Below, piece by piece: positions 18,507-28,006 of a stretch of 41,865 nucleotides of DNA. The first letter of the stretch is position 1; every line of letters starts with the position of its first letter. Source of the DNA: an uncultured Dehalococcoidia bacterium (GTDB lineage: Bacteria > Chloroflexota > Dehalococcoidia > SZUA-161 > SpSt-899). The notes beneath the pieces were generated by a model. The model worked only from the letters and a program-made list of their open reading frames with translations, was not told the origin of the DNA and did no database searches. A program made the position numbers and the translations under genes. The stretch is from contig CBFDTP010000002.1 in NCBI GenBank assembly GCA_965612975.1, forward strand, positions 1-41,865, read 5' to 3'.

Positions 18507-19814
18507 TTGAAGGTCTCTTCAGAGAGGTTACCGAGCTGCCAGCTTCGGCTGAGGTTTGAGGTTGACCCGGAGGAAATGCAGGGACCCCTCAAGAGGGCCT
18601 ACCAGCGTCTGGCTCATCGGGTTGCTATCCCCGGCTTCCGCCGGGGGAAGGCTCCCCCACATATATTGGAGCGTCATGTGGGACGTCAAACCCTCCTCCA
18701 GGAAGCCCTGAACGATTTAATCCCTCAGCTATATGAGCAGGCCATAAAGGAACGGGGAATCGAGCCGTTTGCCGGACCGGAGCTTGAGCTGCTCCAGCTC
18801 GACCCCCCGATCTTCGAGGCTCGGGTGCCCCTTCCTCCGCGGGTGGAGCTGGGGGACTATCACGCCATTAAGGTAACCCCGGATGAGGTGGAGATAACCG
18901 AGGAGCAGGTGGAGGAGGCCTTGGAAGGGCTGCGCCACTCCCAGGCTTATTGGCAGCCCGCTGAACGACCATGCCGTCTGGATGATATAGTGGTTCTCGA
19001 TATCAGGGGGGAGGTCGAGGGCGAGCCTCTGTTCGATGAGAAGGAGCGCTGGTACCGCCTGACCTCCGAGGCCACCTGGCCAGCCCCCGGTTTTGTCCAG
19101 CAGGTGTTGGGGATGAACAAGGGGGAGGGGAAGGAGTTTGTTCTGCCCCTGCCCGCGGACTTTCCAGAGAGCCAGTTTGCGGGAAAGGAATGTCATTTTA
19201 AGGTCTTCCTCCACGAGGTCAAGGAGGAAAACATCCCCGAGCTCAACGATGATTTTGCCAAAAGCCTTGACTGGGAGGTGAACAGCCTGGAGGAACTGCG
19301 GGGGAAGATGAAGGCGAGGCTGAGGGAAAGGGCGGAGCAGGAGGCGAAAAGCAAGCTGGAGAGGGAGGTTCTAGAGGCCCTGGTGGGCTTCTCTGAGGTG
19401 GAGTTTCCCCCTATCCTGGTCGAAATGGAGATAGACCAGCTCATCGGGGAGGAACTGCGGCGACGAGGATGGCCCAGCCTGGAGGACTTTCTTCGCAACC
19501 TGGGCAAGAGCGAGGAGGAACTGAGGGAGGAGCTGCGACCGCTGGCCGAGGAAAGGCTCACCCGCTCCCTTGTCCTGGGCAAGGTGGCTGAGCAGGAGAA
19601 CATCCGCGTTGGCGAGAGCGAAATCGAGGCGGAGATAGAGAGGCTCTCTGCCAGCGCTGGTGAGCGCCGGGAGGAGCTTCGCCAGCTTTTAAGCTCCCGG
19701 GGTAGGGAATCCATAAGAAACGAACTCCTGACCCGCAAGACGTTGGAGCGATTGGTGGAGATCGCTCTGAAGGAGGAGCCTGAGGGCCCGGCAGAGCAAA
19801 CTTCTGAGAACTGA
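18507..19814 (+). CDS. tig: Trigger factor
   Basis: TTG start with the strong RBS GGAGGAGG. Ribosome-binding motif GFRRGKAP, then an FKBP-like domain and the C-terminal domain. It is followed by clpP, as in many bacteria. Confidence 0.9.
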   Translation: MKVSSERLPSCQLRLRFEVDPEEMQGPLKRAYQRLAHRVAIPGFRRGKAPPHILERHVGRQTLLQEALNDLIPQLYEQAIKERGIEPFAGPELELLQLDPPIFEARVPLPPRVELGDYHAIKVTPDEVEITEEQVEEALEGLRHSQAYWQPAERPCRLDDIVVLDIRGEVEGEPLFDEKERWYRLTSEATWPAPGFVQQVLGMNKGEGKEFVLPLPADFPESQFAGKECHFKVFLHEVKEENIPELNDDFAKSLDWEVNSLEELRGKMKARLRERAEQEAKSKLEREVLEALVGFSEVEFPPILVEMEIDQLIGEELRRRGWPSLEDFLRNLGKSEEELREELRPLAEERLTRSLVLGKVAEQENIRVGESEIEAEIERLSASAGERREELRQLLSSRGRESIRNELLTRKTLERLVEIALKEEPEGPAEQTSEN

Positions 19815-19859
19815 GGCATTCACATCGAGAGGAACTTCGGCTATAATCAATTTGGGAGT

Positions 19860-20468
19860 GTGAAAATGCGCTTTGAGAATGTGATTCCCATGGTCATCGA
19901 AACCAGCGCCCGAGGGGAGCGCGCCTTCGATATCTATTCCCTGCTGCTTAAGGAGCGCATCGTCTTCTTGGGCATGCCCATCACTGACCAGGTGGCTAAT
20001 CTGGTCATCGCGCAGCTCCTTTATCTGGAGAGGGAGGATCCGGACAAGGATATCAGTCTGTACATTAACTGTCCCGGTGGGGTTATCAGCGCCGGGTTGG
20101 CCATTTACGATACCATGCAGCTCTTGCGATGTGACATTTCCACCATCTGTGTGGGACTGGCGGCCAGCATGGGTACCCTTCTGCTCTGCGCCGGGACAAA
20201 GGGCAAGCGCTACGCCCTGCCCAACTCCACCATTCACATGCATCAGCCGGTGGGTGGGGCTCAAGGGCAGGCGGCGGATATCGCCATCGCGGCCAAGGAA
20301 ATCCTTCGCCTCCAGGACATCATTCGCACCATCATCTCCAAACACACCGGCCAACCCTATGAGAAGGTGGCTCGGGACACCGATCGGGACTTCTACCTCA
20401 ATCCGGAGCAGGCCAAGGAGTATGGCCTTATCGATGAGATCCTGATAAGGCCGGAGGGCAGATCCTGA
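19860..20468 (+). CDS. clpP: ATP-dependent Clp protease proteolytic subunit ClpP
   Basis: [26 protein letters not shown], catalytic Ser in GLAASMG, and His in IHMHQP. The start is either GTG at 19860 or ATG at 19866. Confidence 0.93.
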   Translation: MKMRFENVIPMVIETSARGERAFDIYSLLLKERIVFLGMPITDQVANLVIAQLLYLEREDPDKDISLYINCPGGVISAGLAIYDTMQLLRCDISTICVGLAASMGTLLLCAGTKGKRYALPNSTIHMHQPVGGAQGQAADIAIAAKEILRLQDIIRTIISKHTGQPYEKVARDTDRDFYLNPEQAKEYGLIDEILIRPEGRS

Positions 20469-20516
20469 CGCTGTCGGACCCTGACCGGGACGGAGGCTGG
20501 AAGGTTTGGCGATAGA

Positions 20517-21794
20517 GTGACGGAGATTCCCACGATATTTGTGCTCGAACCGACGGCTGAGGAAAGTCAACGTCGGGCTGCCGGAACGCTGATCAGGAAG
20601 GAATCACGGCCTGACTTAGAGTCCCTCAAAACACACCTCAGGGAAATCCGCCAATATTCTCGCGACCACCAAGCTGCCCTTTTAGAGCAGCTCAATGAGA
20701 GCCTCAAGCGTCATCCCAGGTTGAGGCTGGTGAGCTGTCCTGATGCCCGGCAGGCTGCGGCTTACATCAGGCAAATCGCCGGGAAAATAAACCTGGTCTC
20801 GGTTAACAAGTCGAGCGTGGTGATAAACGAGCTGCGGCCGGAACTTCAAGCCTCTGGCTTTAAGATATACGTTCGCTACTTCACGGAGTTCAAGGACTTC
20901 GATAAGAAGGTACAGGATTATTGGGATCTTCCTGGATTGCATCAGAGAGGCCTGGTGGAGTCCTTCGATGTCTCCGTGAAGCTAACCCAACTGGAGTCAG
21001 CGGAGACCCGGGACTATTTAGCCGTTTTGGGCGTCAACGCCATCTCGGCCGAGGATGGCTCCATCTTCTTCCTCCAGCACCTCTCCAACATCTCGAAAGA
21101 TCTGCAGCAGGCCAAGAAGGTAGTGCTGGTGATCACCCCAGAAAAGGTGGTGGCGGATAAGGAGGCAGCCCTCTTCCAGACTAGATGCATGGGCATCTTC
21201 GGCCTGGAAAGCATTCTTCTGGATCTCGGGCCCAAGGAGCTAGGGCAGTATGATTTCGAAGCTCTCCCCATCGTCCCCGAAGATCGCGAGGTGCATGTCC
21301 TCATCCTGGATAATGGTCGGGGCACGCTTCTCGTCGATGGATATCGGCAGCTTCTCTTGTGTCTCGATTGTCGTGCCTGCGCTCGACAATGTCCCATCGG
21401 CCTGCATGTAGATCACCAGGGCTGGGTCTGGAGTCCCAAGAACTATCTCTTCGGGTTTTTGCAGGGTTGGGTCTCCTCAACCGAGGCCTGCCTTCATTGT
21501 GGTCGTTGTGAGGTTGAGTGCCCAGTTGAAATTGCCCTGCCTGACCTGATCTGGGAAGCCCAATTTGAGCATTATGCCCGACATGGTCGGCCCTGGCGGA
21601 AGAGGTTGTTGGATAACCCCGAGCTACTGGCCAAATTCGGATCGTTGCTGGCCCCGCTCTCCAACTGGGTGAAGGACACCCCCATCTTCAAGTTGCTCAT
21701 GGAGGCCTTGGTCGGCCTTCATCGGAAGGCCAGATTGCCCGTTTTTCACCGGCAGACTCTGAGGAAGTGGGCCAGGGAGGGCCATCGTGGCTGA
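20517..21794 (+). CDS. LUD (DUF162) domain protein fused to a 2x[4Fe-4S] ferredoxin module, LutB-like
   Basis: An N-terminal LUD-like region is followed by CLDCRACARQCP and CLHCGRCEVECP. The GTG start is tentative. Confidence 0.65.
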   Translation: MTEIPTIFVLEPTAEESQRRAAGTLIRKESRPDLESLKTHLREIRQYSRDHQAALLEQLNESLKRHPRLRLVSCPDARQAAAYIRQIAGKINLVSVNKSSVVINELRPELQASGFKIYVRYFTEFKDFDKKVQDYWDLPGLHQRGLVESFDVSVKLTQLESAETRDYLAVLGVNAISAEDGSIFFLQHLSNISKDLQQAKKVVLVITPEKVVADKEAALFQTRCMGIFGLESILLDLGPKELGQYDFEALPIVPEDREVHVLILDNGRGTLLVDGYRQLLLCLDCRACARQCPIGLHVDHQGWVWSPKNYLFGFLQGWVSSTEACLHCGRCEVECPVEIALPDLIWEAQFEHYARHGRPWRKRLLDNPELLAKFGSLLAPLSNWVKDTPIFKLLMEALVGLHRKARLPVFHRQTLRKWAREGHRG

Positions 21795-22506
21795 AAAGGT
21801 GATCTATTACGCCGGCTGCTTTGCCAACTATTACGACCCCGAGGTCGGCAAGGCCTTGATCAAGATTCTGCGAAGAAGTGGGATCGAGGTTGTCCTTCCG
21901 GAGCAGAAGTGCTGTGGCATGCCCATGTTGGCCAATGGCAATCCTGAGGGGGCTAAGGAGAACATCAAGTATAACCTTAAATCTCTGGCCCGAGCCGCCT
22001 CTCCAGACCACGATATCCTCACCACCTGCCCCAGCTGCAATCTTATGTTAAGGAAGGAGTGTTTGGCCTTCTTCGAGAGCGAGGAGGCCAGATTTGTCTC
22101 CAGCCATGTTTATGATGCCGGCGAATACCTGCTAAGGCTGCACCGTCAGGGGAGGCTGAATCTCGACCTGCGGGAGATGCCGCTCCGGGTTTTCTACCAC
22201 AACCCTTGTCACTTAAAGGTGCAGAACTTGACTCGAGAGCCGGTGGAATTGCTGAAACTAATACCTGCCCTGGTGGTGAGTGGGGTCAATACCAGTTGCT
22301 GCGGTATGGGCGGTTCATATGGCATGAAGAAGGCCAACTATGATCTCTCGGTGGCAATAGCGGAGAAGGTCTGGAGGGAGGTGAAGGCTGCCTCAGCTGA
22401 CTTAGTGGTGACGGAATGCGGGGGCTGCAAGCTTCAGATAGAGTCTGGCACCGGGGCAAAGGTATTACATCCGCTTGTTCTGCTGGATCAGGCCTACCAA
22501 TCCTAG
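21787..22506 (+). CDS. CCG-domain (Fe-S) oxidoreductase, LutA / GlpC / HdrD C-terminal-like
   Basis: Two cysteine-rich CCG repeats (YYAGCFANYY...CCGMP and YHNPCHL...CCGMGG). It overlaps the previous gene by 8 nt. Confidence 0.8.
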   Translation: MAEKVIYYAGCFANYYDPEVGKALIKILRRSGIEVVLPEQKCCGMPMLANGNPEGAKENIKYNLKSLARAASPDHDILTTCPSCNLMLRKECLAFFESEEARFVSSHVYDAGEYLLRLHRQGRLNLDLREMPLRVFYHNPCHLKVQNLTREPVELLKLIPALVVSGVNTSCCGMGGSYGMKKANYDLSVAIAEKVWREVKAASADLVVTECGGCKLQIESGTGAKVLHPLVLLDQAYQS

Positions 22507-22781
22507 GTTGAGGAAGTGCTCAAGAGGGCATTGAGCTTTTTCATCAGCCGTGACTTATGCCTGGCGGCTTTATTGCGGTGGATGATGCCCCGCTTGGCAG
22601 CCTTGTCTAGCGTGCTTATGGCCTGTCGAACCACCTCGATGGCCACCTCCATATTTCCGGAGCTGATGACCTCTTCGGCTTTGGTCAGGTAAGTTTTGAC
22701 CCGGCTTCGAATGGGCTTGTTGTAACTTTGTCTCCTTTTCGAACTTCTTATTCTCTTCTTGGCCGATTTGGTGTGAGCCAA
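22503..22781 (-). CDS. rpsT: 30S ribosomal protein S20
   Basis: AHTKSAKKRIRSSKRRQSYNK...AARHKSRL, with a TTG start. Its stop overlaps the convergent gene's stop (CTAG at 22503-22506). Confidence 0.92.
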   Translation of the reverse strand: MAHTKSAKKRIRSSKRRQSYNKPIRSRVKTYLTKAEEVISSGNMEVAIEVVRQAISTLDKAAKRGIIHRNKAARHKSRLMKKLNALLSTSST

Positions 22782-22891
22782 AGCACTACCCCCTTCCTCA
22801 AGTTAAATCTTACCTCAAAGGCGCTGATTTGTCCAGTTGCCGGATGAGGCTTGCTTGACCTGAGCCAGTTGGTTCGCTAAGCTATCGGGAG

Positions 22892-23509
22892 ATGGGCCTA
22901 TTTATTAGCTTTGAGGGTGGGGAAGGATGTGGGAAGAGCACTCAGGCACGGGCACTTTATCGACAGCTCCGCCGAAGGAAATTGCCTGTCCTTCTGGCCA
23001 AGGAGCCCGGTGGTACCCCTCTGGGAAAGGCGGTTAGGAGCCTGCTGAAGAGCGGCGGGCTGAGGATCAGCGCTCTGGCGGAGGTCTTTCTCTTTATCGC
23101 CGCCCGGGCGGAGTTAGTTCAGGAGGTCATTCGTCCCGCCTTAGAACAGGGGATGATCGTCCTGTGTGACCGATTTGCGGAATCGACCCTGGCCTATCAG
23201 GGATATGGGCGGGGGCTGGATTTGGCTCTGCTGAACAGGCTAAACGACCTGGCCACCGGCGGACTAAAGCCAGATCTCATCATCCTGTTGGACTTGGAGG
23301 TCGGCCGGGGACTGCAGCGCAAAAGGGGCCAGGATCGATTTGAACGGGAGGCGCTCTCCTTCCACGAGAGGGTCCGCCGGGGTTATCTTGAGCTGGCTAC
23401 TGCGGGGGGTGATCGGTGGCAGGTCATTGATGCCTCGCTTCCTCCGGATGAGGTCAGGCAGGCTATCTGGCGGCGGGTGCAGGAATTTCTTGACACCCGC
23501 GGCTTCTAG
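22892..23509 (+). CDS. tmk: Thymidylate kinase
   Basis: FISFEGGEGCGKSTQ P-loop, EPGGTPLG, and the DRF...S..AYQG motif. Confidence 0.92.
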   Translation: MGLFISFEGGEGCGKSTQARALYRQLRRRKLPVLLAKEPGGTPLGKAVRSLLKSGGLRISALAEVFLFIAARAELVQEVIRPALEQGMIVLCDRFAESTLAYQGYGRGLDLALLNRLNDLATGGLKPDLIILLDLEVGRGLQRKRGQDRFEREALSFHERVRRGYLELATAGGDRWQVIDASLPPDEVRQAIWRRVQEFLDTRGF

Positions 23510-23519
23510 CCGCTATAAT
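23490..23519 (+). promoter_or_regulatory. Candidate sigma-70 promoter for rpsU-yqeY (TTGACA-18-TATAAT), overlapping the tmk 3' end
   Basis: TTGACA at 23490-23495, an 18-nt spacer, and TATAAT at 23514-23519. Confidence 0.5.
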
Positions 23520-23553
23520 TCTCCAGGCTTGACCGGAAAGGAGGCTGAGTGAA

Positions 23554-23748
23554 TTGAGCGAGGTAATTCTACACGAGAACGAATCACTGGAAAGCGCGCT
23601 CCGGCGCTTTAATCGTAAACTTCAACAGGATGGCATTCTCAGCGAGTATCGCCGTCGTGAGTATTATGAGAAGCCATCGGTAAAGCGCAAGCGGAAAAAG
23701 GCTACCAAGCTTCGTAAGAGCCTGAAGAATTCCGGACATCTCCGATGA
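23554..23748 (+). CDS. rpsU: 30S ribosomal protein S21
   Basis: [38 protein letters not shown], with a TTG start after GGAAAGGAGG. Confidence 0.9.
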   Translation: MSEVILHENESLESALRRFNRKLQQDGILSEYRRREYYEKPSVKRKRKKATKLRKSLKNSGHLR

Positions 23749-24194
23749 CCTTGCTGGAGAGGTTGACCGCTGATCTAAAGGAATCGCTCAGACAGGGCGA
23801 TAAGCTTCGTTCCTCGGTGATCCGGCTGGCAAAGGCCGCCATCCATAACGCCGAGATCGCTAAGGGTCGTCCGCTGGAAGAAGGTGAGGTGCTCGAGGTT
23901 CTCTCCCGACAGGTCAAACAGCGTCGGGAGAGCATCACCGAGTTTGAGAAGGCTGGTCGCGAAGATCTCCTTTCCAAGGAGAAGGCCGAGCTCTCCATAC
24001 TTCTGGAATACTTACCTCAGCAGCTGTCACGAGAGGAGATCGCGGCAGCTGCCCGCCAGGTTATTCAAGAGGTAGGGGCGCAGGGACCCCGGGACAAGGG
24101 CCGAGTGATGGGCAAGCTCATGCCCCAACTGCGTGGCAAAGCCGAAGGACGACTGGTCAGCGAAGTGGTAGATGAGCTCTTAGCGGGAACTTGA
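23745..24194 (+). CDS. yqeY: GatB/YqeY domain-containing protein
   Basis: L..L..DLKESLR..D..R..VIRL...A..N.EI and a C-terminal block typical of YqeY. It has an ATGA overlap with rpsU. Confidence 0.85.
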   Translation: MTLLERLTADLKESLRQGDKLRSSVIRLAKAAIHNAEIAKGRPLEEGEVLEVLSRQVKQRRESITEFEKAGREDLLSKEKAELSILLEYLPQQLSREEIAAAARQVIQEVGAQGPRDKGRVMGKLMPQLRGKAEGRLVSEVVDELLAGT

Positions 24195-24273
24195 TCTCCG
24201 TTTCCGGCCACAGATATAGCTCTTTGCCCCGCCCCAACAATTTGCCAATCAAGAGGTTTTAGTTCGGCAGACG

Positions 24274-25020
24274 ATGAGGTTCGGTATCCTTGTTTTCCCT
24301 GGCACCTGGAGTGACCGGGATTTTCACTGGGCCCTTAGGGAGGTGCTGGAGCAGGAGGTGGAGTACGTCTGGCATAAGGAGACCGACCTCTCTCGATTCG
24401 ACTGCGTGATCCTCCCCGGCGGCTTTTCCTATGGCGATTACCTTCGCCCCGGCGCCATTGCCCGGTTCTCCCCAGTGATGGAGGCCTTAGTTCAGTTTGC
24501 TGCCCGTGGGGGGCTGGTGCTCGGCAGTTGTAACGGTTTTCAAATCCTATGCGAGGCTGAACTGCTTCCCGGGGCCCTCTTGAGGAATAATCATCTGCAG
24601 TATCGCTGTCAATGGGTTCACTTAAGGGTGGAAAACGGTTCCTGCCCCTTTACCTGCCGGTGTCAGGAAGGACAGGTGCTCCGCATGCCTATCTCGCACT
24701 ATGAAGGTGCTTACTATGCTGACCCGGAGACCCTCGCCAGGCTTAACTCCCGGGGGCAGATCGTCCTCCGTTACTGTAACCCTTCGGGCGAAATCACCCC
24801 GGAGTCCAATCCCAATGGTTCGCTGGAAAACATTGCGGGGATAATCAATGAGCAGGGCAATGTCCTGGGCCTCATGCCCCATCCTGAGCGCTGCTGTGAG
24901 GAGATCCTCGGCGGCACCGATGGCAAGTTCCTCTTCGAATCCTTGCTGGCCTGGACGAAGCTCTCCCGAAAGAGCCTCAAGAGCACCGAGAGGTCGGTTG
25001 GTTCACAGGAGACCTCGTAA
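24274..25020 (+). CDS. purQ: Phosphoribosylformylglycinamidine synthase, glutaminase subunit PurQ
   Basis: [23 protein letters not shown], catalytic Cys in SCNGFQIL, and MPHPER. It carries a ~20-aa C-terminal extension. Confidence 0.9.
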   Translation: MRFGILVFPGTWSDRDFHWALREVLEQEVEYVWHKETDLSRFDCVILPGGFSYGDYLRPGAIARFSPVMEALVQFAARGGLVLGSCNGFQILCEAELLPGALLRNNHLQYRCQWVHLRVENGSCPFTCRCQEGQVLRMPISHYEGAYYADPETLARLNSRGQIVLRYCNPSGEITPESNPNGSLENIAGIINEQGNVLGLMPHPERCCEEILGGTDGKFLFESLLAWTKLSRKSLKSTERSVGSQETS

Positions 25021-25203
25021 CCCCTTCCCTGCTCCCCTCAGGCGGTGATGAGGATTGCGCCAGTAGGAAACCAGGCTGTCGAAACTTTCCGGGATAAAGG
25101 CAAAGCTCATCCAGTCGAATAGGAGTTTAGCACTTTGCGAGGCTGGAAACAATGCCCCTCCTCTTAAAAATCTGCTCTGCTGGCTATTTCTCCTGAGCTT
25201 GAG

Positions 25204-25821
25204 TTGTGTTTAAATTTTAAAGGGGTAGTTTTAACCGTGGAGGAACAGGTTCACGAGGATGTGTTGAAATTAAAGCAAGGCCTGGGCGAGCTTCCGGAGC
25301 CCATTGTTAAGCCTTTCCTCATCGTGATGAGCGGGCTTCCCGGGACGGGGAAGTCCTATTTTAGTCGGAAGTTAACCGAGAGGCTTTCCTGTGTCAGGCT
25401 GGAGAGCGATGAGCTGCGCAAGCTTCTCTTTCCCCGACCAACCTATGCAGCCGATGAGAATCAGCGTCTCTTCTCCGCCCTGCATCGGCTGACCGAAGAG
25501 CTGCTGCAGCGAAACATTCCGGTTTTGCTGGATGCCACCAACCTGATTGAGCGCCATCGGGAGCAGCTTTATCACATTGCCGAGAGGTTAGGGGCCAAGT
25601 TGATCCTGGTGCGGGTCGAAGCCCCACCGGAGGTGGTGCGACAAAGGCTCGAAGCTCGGATGTCCCGCACTGACCGGGAGGATAGCTCTGAGGCCGATTT
25701 CTCGGTTTATCAGCGAATGAGGCGGAGGGTTCAGCAAATCCGGCGGCGGCACTTCGTGGTGGATACCTCCCGGGATATCACCCCGGTGCTCGAGAAGATC
25801 GTCCGCGAGGTAAGGCGCTAA
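25204..25821 (+). CDS. P-loop kinase-like ATP-binding protein (AAA_33 / zeta-toxin-like fold)
   Basis: Walker A GLPGTGKSYF and a DATN motif. The start is uncertain, either TTG at 25204 or GTG at 25237. Confidence 0.6.
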   Translation: MCLNFKGVVLTVEEQVHEDVLKLKQGLGELPEPIVKPFLIVMSGLPGTGKSYFSRKLTERLSCVRLESDELRKLLFPRPTYAADENQRLFSALHRLTEELLQRNIPVLLDATNLIERHREQLYHIAERLGAKLILVRVEAPPEVVRQRLEARMSRTDREDSSEADFSVYQRMRRRVQQIRRRHFVVDTSRDITPVLEKIVREVRR

Positions 25822-25855
25822 ACTGCTTCTTTGAATGGGCCTGCCTAGGATGGAA

Positions 25856-26317
25856 TTAGCTGGAGGATCTCCCGCCCTCGACCACCTTGACCGGATCCCC
25901 CCTCTTTACCTCGCCCCCTGAGATCACCCGGGCGAACACCCCCTCCCGGGGCATGATGCACTTGCCCACCTGGCGAAAGATGGCACAGCCCGTATGACAT
26001 TCCTTCCCGATCTGGGTAATTTCCAGGATCACCCCTCGGCCAATCTGCAGCCTGGTCCCGGGGGGAAGGGAGAGGAGATCGAGGCCTTCTACGGTCAGAT
26101 TCTCGGCGAAGTCCCCCGGGCCCACCTCGAGTCCCAGGGCTCTCATTTTCTCCAGGCTGCTGGTCGAGAGGAGGCTTACCTGGCGAGGGATGCCCGGTGT
26201 GGCATGGGCATCACCCAGGAGCCCATAATTGGCCTGCAGGAAACCGGAGTCCCCCGGCTGCTTCCTCGTTCCCTTGTTCTTACTGGTATAGACGGCGATT
26301 ATTCGCCCCTTCATCAT
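25856..26317 (-). CDS. MOSC domain-containing protein (small stand-alone type)
   Basis: Typical ~150-aa MOSC sequence (GLLGDAHA...RQVSLL...GDFAENLTVEG...QIGKECHTGCAIF.QVG.CIMPREGVFARV). It has an ATGA overlap with the upstream larE-like gene. Confidence 0.85.
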   Translation of the reverse strand: MMKGRIIAVYTSKNKGTRKQPGDSGFLQANYGLLGDAHATPGIPRQVSLLSTSSLEKMRALGLEVGPGDFAENLTVEGLDLLSLPPGTRLQIGRGVILEITQIGKECHTGCAIFRQVGKCIMPREGVFARVISGGEVKRGDPVKVVEGGRSSS

Positions 26318-27111
26318 TTCAGCCTTCGGTTTAAGCTCCCTACTCGATAGCCCTCAAGGTCAAGGACAATATAAGCATACCCCAAATCCTTTAGCTTGGC
26401 CACGATCTCTTCTCGTCGGCGGAGTAACCGCTCCATGTCCTGGGGCTCAACCTCTATCCGGGCAACCTCTCGGTGATGCCTTACCCTGACCTGCCTTGGC
26501 CCCAGGGAGAGAAGAAATTCTTCCGCCCGATTTATCCTCTCCAGAATCTCCGTGGTTATTGGAATCCCGTAGGGAATTCTTGAGGCCAAACAGGCAAGGG
26601 AGGGCTTGTCCCAGTTGGGCAGGCCCAGTTCCTTGGAGAGGAGTCTTATTTCCTCCTTGGTGAGGCCCACCTCGAGGAGGGGGCTTCTCACCCCGGCCTC
26701 CACAGCGGCCCTTCGGCCCGGGCGGAAGTCATCTTGGTCGTCGAAATTGGTGCCGTCGAGCACCCAGCGCATACCCTCTCGCCGGGCTATTTCCCAAAGC
26801 TGCGCGAAGAGTTCTCGCTTGCACCAGTAGCAGCGGTCGGGGGAATTAGAGCGGAACTCTGGCTGGGAAAGCTCATCGGTGGGAAGGGGCAAGAGCCTTA
26901 CCCCAAGGCTCTCGGCGAGTTCTTGGGCAGCTAAGAACTCTCGCCGGGGGTAGGTGGGGGAAGTGGCGGTAACGGCGAGAACGCGCGATCCCAGCACCTC
27001 TCGCGCCACTCGAAGCAGGAAGGTGCTGTCCACCCCACCGGAGTAGGCGATGACCGCTGAGCCCATCTCGCGGAGCAGCCCTTTCAGGTTCTCCAGCTTC
27101 TCCCTCGCCAT
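26314..27111 (-). CDS. larE: LarE-family PP-loop ATP-dependent sulfur transferase (TIGR00268-like)
   Basis: PP-loop AYSGGVDST, then CYWCK (CxxC) and PSLACLASRIPYG motifs. The start ATG at 27111 lies 1 nt after the upstream stop. The track ORF extension to 27351 runs inside the upstream gene. Confidence 0.8.
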   Translation of the reverse strand: MAREKLENLKGLLREMGSAVIAYSGGVDSTFLLRVAREVLGSRVLAVTATSPTYPRREFLAAQELAESLGVRLLPLPTDELSQPEFRSNSPDRCYWCKRELFAQLWEIARREGMRWVLDGTNFDDQDDFRPGRRAAVEAGVRSPLLEVGLTKEEIRLLSKELGLPNWDKPSLACLASRIPYGIPITTEILERINRAEEFLLSLGPRQVRVRHHREVARIEVEPQDMERLLRRREEIVAKLKDLGYAYIVLDLEGYRVGSLNRRLK

Positions 27112-27112
27112 T

Positions 27113-28006
27113 TCAAACCCTCTCCAACACCCTTTGCTGTAGACGGCAGAAGCTGCAAATTTGAGTAGTGGTGAGATAACCACAATTCTCGCAGGGTTGG
27201 AGTTCGGGCTCCTCCTTAGCCACAAAGGCCAGTCGGCTTTTGAGAAATCCCTGGTAGAACCTGAGCTTGGTGCCAGGGGATTCTTGTTCCAGCCGGTTAA
27301 GAGCACTTTTGTAAAGCAGTGAGGTTGAGCCCTGAGAGTAAGGGCACTCATCGAGGATGTAATCTATCCCCCGGATCAGGGCATAGGCCGCCATCTCCCG
27401 TTCCGAGCACAGCACCAGGGGTTTAACCTTGCGCCGAAGGCTTTCCCGATCTGGAAGCGAAGGAGCTTGGCGAGCCAGGGCATCGGTTTGCCAGTTGAGC
27501 AGGTTCCCCAGAAGGAAGGAAACCTCATCATCGAGGTTATGACCAGTGGCGATGACGTCAAAGCATCTTCCAGACTGGTTCATGAGATAACGTTTCACCA
27601 GGCCGCACACTGAGCAGGAGGTTCTCTTCGCTCGGCGGGCGATCTCCGGGATGGCCAGTCCCCCGAAATAATCCTTAACCCGTTGGATGTGGAGTCTGGC
27701 TCCCTTCCTTTGGGCGAAGCTAACTGCCTTTTCCTCCGACTTCTGAGAGTACTCCCCTATTCCTAAATCTATGTACAACCCCTCAGCTTGGTAGCCAAGC
27801 TCCAGTAGCAGATCCCAAAGGCTTAGGCTATCCTTTCCTCCGGAGACCGCCACCAGCACCTTCTCACCCGGGGAAAGAAGGCGCAGGCTACCGATGGTCC
27901 GTCTCACCCTCCTTTGAAGGAAGGTAACGAAGCAGTTCTCGCAGAGGTTCAGATTATGGGCGGGAAGTTTTATAACTGCCCTCCCGTGACACATGCGGCA
28001 CTTCAT
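27113..28006 (-). CDS. ttuA: TtuA/Ncs6-type PP-loop tRNA 2-thiolation-like enzyme with N- and C-terminal zinc fingers
   Basis: N-terminal CRMC...CENC, PP-loop VAVSGGKDS, central CSVCG plus DECPY cysteines (Fe-S ligand pattern), and C-terminal CENCG...CSFC. Confidence 0.75.
   Translation of the reverse strand: MKCRMCHGRAVIKLPAHNLNLCENCFVTFLQRRVRRTIGSLRLLSPGEKVLVAVSGGKDSLSLWDLLLELGYQAEGLYIDLGIGEYSQKSEEKAVSFAQRKGARLHIQRVKDYFGGLAIPEIARRAKRTSCSVCGLVKRYLMNQSGRCFDVIATGHNLDDEVSFLLGNLLNWQTDALARQAPSLPDRESLRRKVKPLVLCSEREMAAYALIRGIDYILDECPYSQGSTSLLYKSALNRLEQESPGTKLRFYQGFLKSRLAFVAKEEPELQPCENCGYLTTTQICSFCRLQQRVLERV

Noticed and set aside
25021-25203. A short minus-strand ORF (~36 codons, MSFAFIPESFDSLVSYWRNPHH...) in the purQ/kinase spacer.
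   Set aside because: It has no RBS, no recognisable motif and is very short. It is not supportable from sequence alone.
26314-27111. Interpreting the LarE-like gene as evidence for a nickel-pincer (lar) operon.
   Set aside because: No larA, larB or larC homologue is present anywhere in the window. Only the orphan status is reported.
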